A DNA stretch of 64,000 bases from Promethearchaeota archaeon (GTDB lineage: Archaea; Asgardarchaeota; Lokiarchaeia; Sigyniarchaeales; SOKP01). The notes under the pieces were generated by a model. It was not told the origin of the DNA and made no database searches. It saw nothing but the letters and a program-made list of their open reading frames with translations. The stretch's first letter is position 1. Each line of letters opens with the position of its first letter. Shown one piece after another: positions 1-11,500 of this stretch. The translations under genes were made by a program, and so were the position numbers. The stretch is taken from assembly GCA_019058295.1 (NCBI GenBank), contig JAHPZI010000021.1, positions 1 to 64,000 on the forward strand. The letters run 5' to 3'.

Positions 1-237
1 AATACTCATTAGTTATTATACTGACTCCTATTAAAAATATCAAAAGCCCCCATAATAAGATGATTTTTTTATTCATAGCTATGGTTCAATTTTAAAGTAT
101 TAAAATAAATAATCAAATAAATGATAAAGATTTCTTTCCATTATTTTCTATTATTGATTTATCTGTATAAAAACATAACGCTTCTTCTTAATTCCAATTT
201 TTAATAAATAACATTTATTAAAATAACAACCTTTATA

Positions 238-1776
238 GTGAGTGTAAATAAAAAATTATTCTCTCTGAAATGCCTAATGAAAGATAAAAAAAAATTCCTA
301 ATTATTGTGGTATTTCTGCAATCTTGGATCTTCTTTAGCTTTTTATTAACCACAAATACTCAATCCGAAAATTCAAATCCGATGATAACCACACCATCTT
401 TAAAGTTAAGCTCGAATAAAGTTATTGTAAGGATTCTTGATGAAACGCAAGTGAATTATAACATTACAGATGATCAACTATATCCTGCTATTTGTGCACT
501 TTCCAACGAAACATTTGCCGTAGCGTGGACCAGCATCGGGCAAGATGGTTCTGGTTCTGGTGTATATGCTAGAGTATTTAACGCAACCACGGGAAAGAAT
601 ATAACCGTTGAGTTTCGTGTAAATCAACATACTGACAAATCTCAACTAAATCCATCTATCTGTGCTCTTTCCAATGAAACGTTTGCTATTACATGGCAAA
701 GTTATGATCAAGATTATGCGAATCCAGATTATGGAGTGTATGCTAGAGTATTTGATGCGACCACAGGACAACAACTAACTTCCGAATTTCAAGTAAATGA
801 TTATGTGTCGGATGATCAAGATGAACCTTCTATTTGTGCCCTTTCAAGCGATAGATTAGCTATAGCATGGGAAAGTGATGGACAAGACGGTTCTGGTTCT
901 GGTATATATGCTTGTGTATTCAACGCAACCACTGGAAATAATATTACATCTGAGTTTCGGGTAAATCATTACTGGAATAGTAATGAATTAAGTCCTTCTA
1001 TCTGTGCCCTTTCCAACGATACAATTGCTATAACATGGCAAAGTATAGGACAAGATGGAATCTGTGCAAGAGTATTTAATGCAACTACGGGAAAGAATAT
1101 CACCTCTGAATTTAAAGCTCACGAATTTCCTAGTGGGTTCAAAGTTAATCCTTCTGTTTGTGCTCTTTCTAAGGATATATTTGCTATAGCATGGGAGAGT
1201 TATTGGCAAGAGGGACCTTCACCTTCTTGGGGTGTGTATGCTAGAGTATTTAATGCAACTACGGGAAAGAATATTACATCTGAATTTCAAGTAAATGATT
1301 ATACAGAAGAGGATCAAGATAATCCTGCTATCTGTGCTCTCTCTAGTAATATGTTTGTAGCGACATGGGAAAGTCGGTCGCAAGATGGCAGTAATGATGG
1401 AGTATATGCTAGAGTATTTGATACAACCACAGGACAACAAATTATTTCAGAATTTCAAGTAAATACTCATACTCAATATGCTCAAAGAAACCCTACTATC
1501 TGCGCCCTGACCAACAATACATTTGCGATAGCGTGGGAAAGTAATGAACAAGACGGTAATCAAAATGGTATTTATTGTTCAATATTTAGAATTGAGAATT
1601 ATTATCCATCAAATGTTCTGCCCTTTGGCCCAAGTGATGGAAATGATGATGATGGTGAGGATGGTGAGGATAGCATTCCCTTTGGAAATCTTTATTTCGC
1701 AATATTTCTTATTAGTGTTCTCTCTTTAATCATTATAACAAGAGTTAAAATTCTAAATAATGGAGTAAAAAAATAA
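238..1776 (+). CDS. Cell-surface protein with 7 tandem ~57-aa repeats (predicted 7-bladed beta-propeller), N-terminal signal/TM and C-terminal Loki-CTERM-like anchor; ATG at 277 is the likelier start
   Basis: Seven copies of EFxVNxxTxxxQxxPxICALSxxxFAxxWxSxxQDGxxxGVYARVFxxTTG. Hydrophobic N-terminus FLIIVVFLQSWIFFSFLL. Acidic linker followed by IPFGNLYFAIFLISVLSLIIITR. Many NxT sequons. Confidence 0.85.
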   Translation: MSVNKKLFSLKCLMKDKKKFLIIVVFLQSWIFFSFLLTTNTQSENSNPMITTPSLKLSSNKVIVRILDETQVNYNITDDQLYPAICALSNETFAVAWTSIGQDGSGSGVYARVFNATTGKNITVEFRVNQHTDKSQLNPSICALSNETFAITWQSYDQDYANPDYGVYARVFDATTGQQLTSEFQVNDYVSDDQDEPSICALSSDRLAIAWESDGQDGSGSGIYACVFNATTGNNITSEFRVNHYWNSNELSPSICALSNDTIAITWQSIGQDGICARVFNATTGKNITSEFKAHEFPSGFKVNPSVCALSKDIFAIAWESYWQEGPSPSWGVYARVFNATTGKNITSEFQVNDYTEEDQDNPAICALSSNMFVATWESRSQDGSNDGVYARVFDTTTGQQIISEFQVNTHTQYAQRNPTICALTNNTFAIAWESNEQDGNQNGIYCSIFRIENYYPSNVLPFGPSDGNDDDGEDGEDSIPFGNLYFAIFLISVLSLIIITRVKILNNGVKK

Positions 1777-2067
1777 AAAAATATCCTTTGAAAAAAAAGA
1801 AATCTTAATAGATTTTATTCTGTATCTATCTCATTTTTCGATAAATTCAGCACTTTGAAAATTAATTAAAAATTGTGACCATCTTAATACCCTCATTTCC
1901 TAATAAGATTAACACAAAAAGGAATAAATTACATTAATGAGCGAATAAATGGATTCCATGTTGTATTCCGCCTTTTTTATATAAGATTAAATAATATCGG
2001 GAAAAAGTTATTAAATAACTTAGAAAATATCGAAAATTAAAGATAATTTATAATACCCAGTTGCATG

Positions 2068-2089
2068 TTAGTTTCACTTGTGAAAGTAA
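2068..2089. promoter_or_regulatory. Imperfect inverted repeat, possible regulator operator upstream of the giant gene
   Basis: TTAgTTTCAC-tt-GTGAAAgTAA in the ~800-bp noncoding region before the giant ORF. Confidence 0.3.
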
Positions 2090-2577
2090 ATTTTTCTTTA
2101 ACATTTAAATATAATAAAAATAATCCTAAAACACCGTGTAATTTTAAAAAAATTCAAAAAAAATTGTTTTTATAGGGAGAAATTTTAACACTATAAGAGG
2201 GAGTTTTCCTTACCAAAAGTGAAAAATTTACTCTATCAGCGTGATGTTGTGATTTGTCAATGATAGCAAATATGAGAAATAATGTTTTTTTAACAAATAT
2301 TTTTGAGTCAAAAATCCATCCTTGTGAATTTATATTATATATCAAATTATTAATTCTCACTTTAAGTATATCCATGTACAAAAAAAATTTTCAAAACAAG
2401 AATTTCATACAAAATAAAAATTAAAAAAATAGCGCATATCCAATGTAAAGAAACTAAATTATTAAGATTCAAAAAAATGAAAGAAATTTTTAAAAGTAAT
2501 TTTATTGGTGTTTTTATGTTTTCATTAAAAATAAAAACACTATTAATTAAGAAAGAAATAAGAAGAGTATGGTATAG

Positions 2578-5500
2578 ATGAGAAAAAGTAGAAAAGATTC
2601 TGATCATCTTCCAAGCTCTTTAAATCTTATTTTAATAGCTAGTACTCTTTTCTTTGTTTCTTTAATGTGTATTATGTTAAATGCTATAGTCTTTTCTTCT
2701 CAATCAATAAATTCTCGTGTCATCGTTTTTAATTATTTATTGCTCTTTATTTGTTTAATCTTTGTAACGATATCTCTTGGCTTTTTTATGAATAAAATTC
2801 CAGAGAGATACAAATCCAAATTTAAAAACAGGATTTTGAAACCGATCTCGAACTTTGTTCTTCAAAACTTGCGATATATACATTTATCTTTATTAGGTTT
2901 ATTGTCTATTGTATTTGGAATAACCTTATTATCGATTGGTTTCAATATTAAGGATATTCAAGTAGGGAGCCCCTCCAATAATTTTTCATTTGAAATCTAC
3001 CCTTCTTTAATCATAATTACTCTCTTATTATTAACCTTTTATTTTGTCTTTTTTTTTAGCAATATAATTTCAAACAAATTAAGGCTTAAACATGCTCTTT
3101 TTTATATTGGCGAGGTATTGTTAATAATTGTTATTATTCTTCATACTTATCTTTTCTTTGCCTTTCCTACGAAGAATAGCGCTGTAATCCTAAATAATTT
3201 AATTACAGGCACCCCTCAAGCTATTTCTAATTTTTTCGTAGGTCTTAACAAAAAAATAAATTATAGAATTTTAGATATGAAAATCTTTATGAATGATTTT
3301 AATCACACATTCAGTTTTTTTGGTTATTTTTTACTTATAATGATAGGTTTATGCTTTATCTCTTACATTATTAACTTAAAAAAAGATGATTCATTAAATT
3401 TTGAAAGAACTAGCCGGCTTGATAAAGCGCGTCTCAATATTTTCCTTACTATTTGTATGATAATTGCTGCGATTTTCACTCCTTTTGTTTTCTTATTTAT
3501 GGAATATAATGAACTATTTGCCCTAAATTTCCTTCTCTTTCAGATATTCTTATATATCGTATTTCTAACTATAATGTCAATACGATATAAATTGAGAGGA
3601 TTCAAATATATTTCTTTGTTTTTTATTCTCGTTCCCATTATAATATTTGTTATTGGTACTACTTTCATATTTACTGAATTCTCTTTTCTTACTTTTTGTG
3701 TTGCTCCTCTTATGTTTCTCCCAGCTTGGTTTTTTATTAGAAGTAAAATCCAACCTCGAGAAAATGTGATAGCAACTTTTCTTAGAAATTTTCATCTCCT
3801 CAAAATTAAAATTTTATTTATTATCATTGTTATTTGCTTATTTTTTGCGGGATTATTCTTTATGATAATTCCTTCACTCGTTGTATTTCCAATAGTTTTA
3901 CTATTTCCATCCATCTATTTCTTTACGATAAAAAGCAAACAAGCCTCAAGGCAATTTAATCAGCATAGAGCTAGGAGGTATAATTTAAATAAAAAAAGAG
4001 TTAAAAAATCAGATGACTTTAGTCCAGAACAAGAAAATTACAATGACAGACATTGTAGACCTGTTATGTTTATGATTGTCTTTTTAATTTGTCTACCTTT
4101 AGTCTTTTCTATTGGTACAATCACCAATGTAAATGAACCTCGGGTGGAGTTTGCGCTCCTTCCAGAAGACGATTCAGAGCTGGATTATAGTGAGCTGGAA
4201 TATAAGACAAATCCTAATGATTGGGGTGAAGTCCGATTTAATTCGAAAATGTTGATACGATGTACATTATCTCCGGAATCTACCCAATCCGCGCGAATGA
4301 ATGTAAAGCTTAAGCCACGTGATATGCCCGAAGTAGACGATATTGAATGGTATACTAAAATCGTTAATGGTCCCGTGGTTAATGGCACTCGATATATAAA
4401 ATTAGATTTTCAAGAGCTGGGTTTAATCCCCGGTAAATACAATTTAGAATTTTCTCAGTTTGTGCAGAATGCATTTACAATATATGGTTCTGCACCAATA
4501 AAACATAAATTAACTTTATCTAAGGACGATGTGAAAATCGTTCCTAATAATGATTTTAAATCTAATCCTGACATTGTTCCTGGAGTGGTTTATACAACAG
4601 AAAATAAAATGGACCACTACTGGGAGGTTACTTATTCTGGAAAAATTGTGAATTCCCTTGATGATCCAATTGAGGTAGATAATCTAGAACTTTATTTGGA
4701 AAACGGCAACAATTGGCAGAGAATTGCAATTATAGAATCAGAACCAGACGGCTCATTTAGTTATTCACACAGAATATATCAGTCATTCGAAATGAATTCA
4801 TTGGCAAAAATAAGTTTTGGTGGTAATGAATTCTATAATTCTTATGAACTGGAAGAATACGCAGGACTTGAATATTCTCTTGAAGATAATTTACGATTCT
4901 TTATGGATTTTGATGGAGACTCGATTATAGATTGGCCTTTCAATCTTTACGATTTACTTAAAGCGTTAAAGACATCACAAGCATCTATTCCTTCTATGGC
5001 GTTCTACGCTCCACTCGATGAAGCAACTGGCTTAACTACATACGATGTTATTTCTAATACTGAAGGTCAGTTAATAGACGATACATTATGGACAGAGGGC
5101 AAGATAAATTCTGCTATCGAATTTAATACTGCTGATACACAAAAATTTGTGAGATCAATAGAACATTTAGATCTTAGCATCGGCTGGTTTTCAAAAAAGA
5201 CGACTGTATCTCTAACAAAAGGACAAGATATTACTAATTGTGTACCTTTTGTTTCAAAAGAGATAACGGGACTAACAAGCGACGATTGGGATGATATTGA
5301 GACGGATATTTTCTTCCAATCAGATGCATCCGGTCCTAAATTGGTTGCAGAAAGGAATGGATGGCAAGGATCAGTTTCTCTTTCCGTTTTTGTTGTAGAG
5401 TTTGATGATCGCTACGTCGATGTGCAACAAGGCGAGATCAAATTTTCTGATTTAAGCTCTACAAATATCACATCCGAAGTTGATTTGGAAAAGACTGCAA

Positions 5501-8500
5501 TGACTTTTTACTATAAACACAAATTTTGCCGATGGATTGATTGGTTTGATTGGTTAAATTGGTGGGGATGCGATGATTGGGATGATTACAGAGTCACCGG
5601 ATCATTTTCAGATAGCCAGACCTTGCAATGGGAAAGAGGAGCCCCTACAGGAGATATTGAAGGTCATTATTACGTTTTTGAGGCGAAAAATGACGAGTTC
5701 TCCGTTCAACCTGTAACTTTCAACATAGATGAATTCTCAACTGAGGGGGAAGCAATATTACAATCTCCCGTTGATTTTTCGAAATCATTTATTTTATCTT
5801 CTTATTTATCAACAACACCCAATGATGATTCACAAGATGGATCGTGTGATGTCTGGCTTGAAGATAGTACTCATATTAAAGCTCAGAGATATGCAACAGA
5901 TAACCTTATAACAGTAAATGCATTTGTCATAGAACTAAATGGTAATGAAGAAGTTCAGCACGGCGTTTTTGATTATGGAGAGAACATCGATGATATAACT
6001 AGTAGTATTACTCCTGTTAATCTTGATAATGCAATGATTCATCCTACCATTAATGGCGGTAATATAAGAGCTGACCAAACTTGCAGTCTTGATGTTATGA
6101 GGGCTTATCAGAAGCTTACTTTTGTAGATGGTGAAACGGTTCGTGGGCGCAATTGGAAACGGGATAATTTTGCGTCAGGACATTGGCAAGTTGTAGAGTG
6201 GGATGTTGTCGATCAACCGGGGCACATAGATTTTGGAGATACTCTAAATGATGTATTCAGCTCCTCTCATAATGAATTCGTTATAATTTCATGGGTTAAA
6301 CCCACAGTTTATTCTTCACGATTAAGCAATCTTGGTACTTCAAATTGTTTTATCTCTAAATCGAGTTCTTCTGGAATTGATAATCTTGAATTAGGAATTA
6401 CGGAGGATGGAAGACTTCGATTGTACTTAGCGACTGATATAGCTGATACTTATGCAGATTATGGTATTGCTAATTCTATTCCTCTAAATGAATGGACATT
6501 CGTTGCTGTGGTTTATGATAACAGTTATGTGGATGTATTAATTGGTGATGAGTGGTATACTGAATCTATTGGTGATCCAGAGCCATGGCAAGGTGCTATA
6601 GGTATTGATTCTGCTGAGGGCTCTCACTTCACGATAGGCGCTACTAAAGATTCAGATATATTTTATACAGGAGCAGTAGACGAGGTTTCAGTTTTTCGAG
6701 AAGCACTTTCACACCAAGAAGTGGAGAATTATAAGAAAGAAGATGTGCTAATAATTGACGCAGTAGTATCTATTGAGGATGGTTCGGGTGGCTGGACTCC
6801 GATATCCACTTCTGGGGCCATTCTTGATGGTTGGATCAATTTCGAATGTAAAAAATCTCCGATATCACTCAAATCAATTGATACAATGGATTTTTACTTA
6901 TCAACCTCTATTCCTGATTTAGCTAATCCTACTTATGAGGAATGGATTCTTCTGACTACCTTTTCTGACGATAGGAATTACTATTCTTGGGTTATTGATA
7001 ACCATGACCTTCCGGATGAGCTTGAATGGTACTTTATTGTGAAAGCGACTGATGAAGATGGAAATATAGTTCTTGACGCATTTGATATTGTCGATCAGAT
7101 TGCTTATTTCACAACGGAACATTTTGAAGATTCAATAGATTTTGTTTATTTAGATAATCTAGGGAGAATAAACCACAATTCTTATATTGCGGTTAGCCCT
7201 TCAGAGAAGTTATATCCATATATTTCATCCTTAGATTTATATATTAATTATGATGGTTCTATTGATTTTCTAAAAACTATTACAGCATCTGAATTAGAAG
7301 CACATTACAATGTAATTAACCTCGATATTTTAGATTCTTGGGCTCAAGATAAAGGGGTGCTTGAAGGAAATTACGAATTAAATTTTATTATTGATGTTTC
7401 TTTTGATTATGGTCCTGAATTTGCACTTTATTCTCATAGTTATTCGTTAGATAATATTATTTTAGATACTAAAGCCCCTGAAGGCATATTATTAACAGGA
7501 ACCCCTTACTCTTTAGTATTGGGCGATAAATATACTGATATTAGTGAGAATATTCTGACGGGTGGTTTATCTTATCCCGAGTCCGATATATATTCTGCTA
7601 TGATAGAGTATCGTTATGATACTGGGGGAGAATGGATATATTACGATACTTTTGACGCTGATAGTTCGCCTCTCAATTTTTCAATTAATATTTTGAATAT
7701 GAGAGATGATAAAATTTATTTTAAAATAATATCGTACGATGATTTAGGAAATTATAAATCTTATGAGAATTCATCGTACAACTTTATAAAAGATTTTAAT
7801 AATCATCCAGATTTTAATGTGTCTGGTATTGATAGTCAGCTTTTGTATGGTCTTGATGAAGACGATATGATTGATATCTCCGTAAAAATCCTTCCCCCTG
7901 ATAACGATATAACTGATGTTATTATTAAGACTGATTATGAAACCTTTACTTTAGGACCGAATGAACCTGAACGAGTCAAGGAAGATGATCATATTTATTT
8001 TCAAAAGGATATTGAATTAGATTCTGTTTTTTATTATGTATCAGGAGGAGAATTTACAAGTATTCCAATTACGATAGAGATATATCAACAAGCAGACTTA
8101 ATATCTTCCAAGGAAATCATAATAACAGTTACCGATAGGTTATTTACTAATCCAGCTATAATATCGGACATCACAATTGACCCTGATGATGAAGATCAAG
8201 AAGACAATATTAAAATGAGTTTTGATGTTACTGCTGAGACTTATTGCAATCCTCATGGTATAGTATATGTGGTTAAAGGAAATAAGCCAAAAGTAATGAT
8301 ATATAATTCTAAGGGACAGCTTGTAGAGACCATCCTATTGGAACCCGATTTTGATGATGAAATATTTGATATTTTTAATACAGAAATCATTGAGATTCAA
8401 AATAACCAATTCGAAATTCCAATAAGCTCATTTTCTCTTGATACAGAACAAGCAATTTGTTCTTTGGAAGAAGTTTATATCGATGGAAGTCTTGTTGATT

Positions 8501-11500
8501 TTGTATATTACATTGATTCAGAGAATGTTTTCATAAAACTACAATCTTCATATATCTGGGATGGAACTTATAGTGATATAAATCCTATTAGTATTGACTA
8601 CTTAGTAACAGAAACAATTAGAACAGAAGATCAATACATCGGTACTTTTGATTTTCAGAGTTTACCTCAAGACATTTATACTATTAAAGGAAAATATTAT
8701 GATATTACGGGAACTACTTCTACATTTGATTCACCTGAATCTTATTTAATAGATTATGTAGGTCCTAGTATATTTAAACAATTTGAACCAGATTATGCTG
8801 TTAATCCGGACGGAGGATCGATTTCATTTATTATAAAAGATATCTCAGGAATAGAAATAGGACCATTGCTATTCCCAGAATCAATAGAGGGCACTTGGAA
8901 TAACGAGGGTAATCTATACACTTTTACATTTAACGACCCATCAATCTCTGAAGGACCAATGCAGTTAACCTTATTTGCTGAAGATTGTAAGGGATATCAG
9001 AGTATTATTGACTTTTCTTTGGTCTTTGATTCAATTAATCCTTGGTTTGAGGAAGTTATAAACGATTTGGATGCATTTAGTGGATCATATACTGTTTACG
9101 CAAGAATTCAAGATGACACCGCAATAAAGTTTTACTTGGAAGTTAGAGATTCTCTTTCTGGTATGTTATATGAAGACATTGAATACACTCTTATCAAAGA
9201 GGGAGAAATTGAAGCAACTGGAGAGTCTGAATGGAGAATCTATCTCGATACTAATCAATTACCCAATGGTAAATATGATATAGTTTTAATTGCAGAAGAT
9301 GCGGCAGGTAATTCTCCCCCAGTTTCAGAAGAAAATGGTAATTTAATAGAAGAGAGATATTTCGATAATTCAGCCCCTGTAATTGAATTTGTTAATGAAA
9401 CTGTATATTATGACATTGATGGAGATTCAATTAAAGATGCTATTTATACTAGACCAATAGATGATGTTGTATATTTCAATAATGAGAAGCACATCTCAAT
9501 TAGTGTTTATGATGAGGTATTTGATGGATTTGATTGGGACGATCTTAAAGAGGATTATGGTTACGATATTGGGGATAAAAGAGGGATTTACTATGTAAAT
9601 ATGTATTATACTAATCCATTGCAATTTTATCCTGTGATGATTGAAGGTACTTTAAATAGAGAAAAATTCACTTATAATATTATTGGATATGGAGATCCTA
9701 TTAATACTGATATTGATAATATCAAAGAGATCAGTAGAATTAGAATTGGACTTGATGAAGAATATATTATCGAGGATTTCGATGTTATCCGTAGCGGCGG
9801 TTCATTAATTATTCAGATTGATGATGAATATAAATATGCTTTAGCTCCTGAATTAACAACTGAGATAGAATTAGAGTTTTATGAATGTGCTACTGACCCA
9901 ATTTCTTTTGAATTTGATGACATAGAGACTGAATGGATCTTAAATCCAGATGGCGATAATTATTTTAATATCTCAAATTATATCCCTACCCTTGTTCCAG
10001 GTACTGAATTTTTATTTTGGTTTTCTCTTTCAGATCCTCTTATTAATGAACTTATTTCTCAAAGATATGTCGGCATTTATGATAATCTTATTAAAGTAGA
10101 ACCAAGAATATATCAAGATAGTCTTAATTTTAAAGATGAAACAATTGGAGCCGTTCCTTCTGATATTTCTCAAGGAAGTTGGTGGAGTGGAGGGAATTCG
10201 TTCATAATAGACTCATATAATGGGCATGCATTTGTCTTAGAAATGGGAGAGCAAGTTTCTACCCCCGATATTTATATAGAAGAATTTGATTTTATCTCTG
10301 GGCAAACTGATGGTTCTATAGAATTTTGGATGGCTGTATCGGATTGTGAGAAATTAGGTAGTATAGAACTATTGAATGAAGTAGACGGGACATCTGCTGG
10401 TGTTCAAATATATGATGATACTTGGAGATATTATGATGGAGACTGGAAAGATATGGAAGGTGTAGTTCCGGAAGATGGTAAATGGTATAGAATAAGCATT
10501 TCTTTTAATACCGTCTCTTATGATGTTATTATAGTTGATGAGGGCGGTTCACTAATCTCAAGTATTTTCGGGGTAGATATGGTTGGCTCTCCTACTACTG
10601 TTAATGGCTTCTACTTAAATGGGGATGTTGGGGAAGATCATACAACTTATATAGATGCGATAGGATTCACTTGGGATTCTGATTATGGATTCGGAGATAA
10701 TGCTATATCTATACATGATAATTTATTTGAATGGAATCTTGGGACTACGGACGGTAAAGGCAATATAATTATTGGTTCAGAGAACTATGATGATTGTACT
10801 TTACAATTAAATATTGAGTCAATTGAATTAGATGATTTAGGAGAAATGGATGTAGATCGAATTCTATTTTATGGTTCTACTGATGAGGTTGGTAGCTATA
10901 GTTATATAGGGAGGGCGTATTATACTAGTGAAAATATTTGGAGCTTTTATTGGGATGCAGAAGAGATCCAAGAGCCAGACTATTGGGTAAAAGCACTAAT
11001 ATTTGACAAAGCAGGTAACTTATTAATAGAACCCCCTAAGGCTCAAGTTAAATTATATCATTTTGAAGACATTAACCTAATTACTGACTTAGTTTTTGGA
11101 AGGATAATTGGGTATGATTCACAAAATCCACCAAATGAAGAAGATATCAACATAATTATAGAGAATTATAATTCAGAACAAGTATATTCAATAATTACAG
11201 AATATTACAATCCAAATATAACCGAATGGATCGAATTAGAAACTCAATCTTCTGTCATCGATTTAGGGGAACCAAATAACGTGGGGTATGAAATCACTTG
11301 GGATATAGATGCCGATATTTCATTTTTAACCTCGATGTATGAGTTAGATTATGATTATTTACCTCTTAGCATTACAACTTTAGATAGAGAGATAGATTTA
11401 TGGGGCTCATGGGGGAAGTTTAGGCAAGATGAATCTTACCAACCAATTATTATCCAAGAGGATGGAAATGGAAATCTAGTCATAAATATCTATCAACTAA

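Noticed and set aside
988-2607. Short ORFs antisense to or inside the propeller gene, and 2154-2381 / 2362-2607 (-)
   Set aside because: These are shadows of repeat codon structure or low-complexity AT-rich frames with no motifs.
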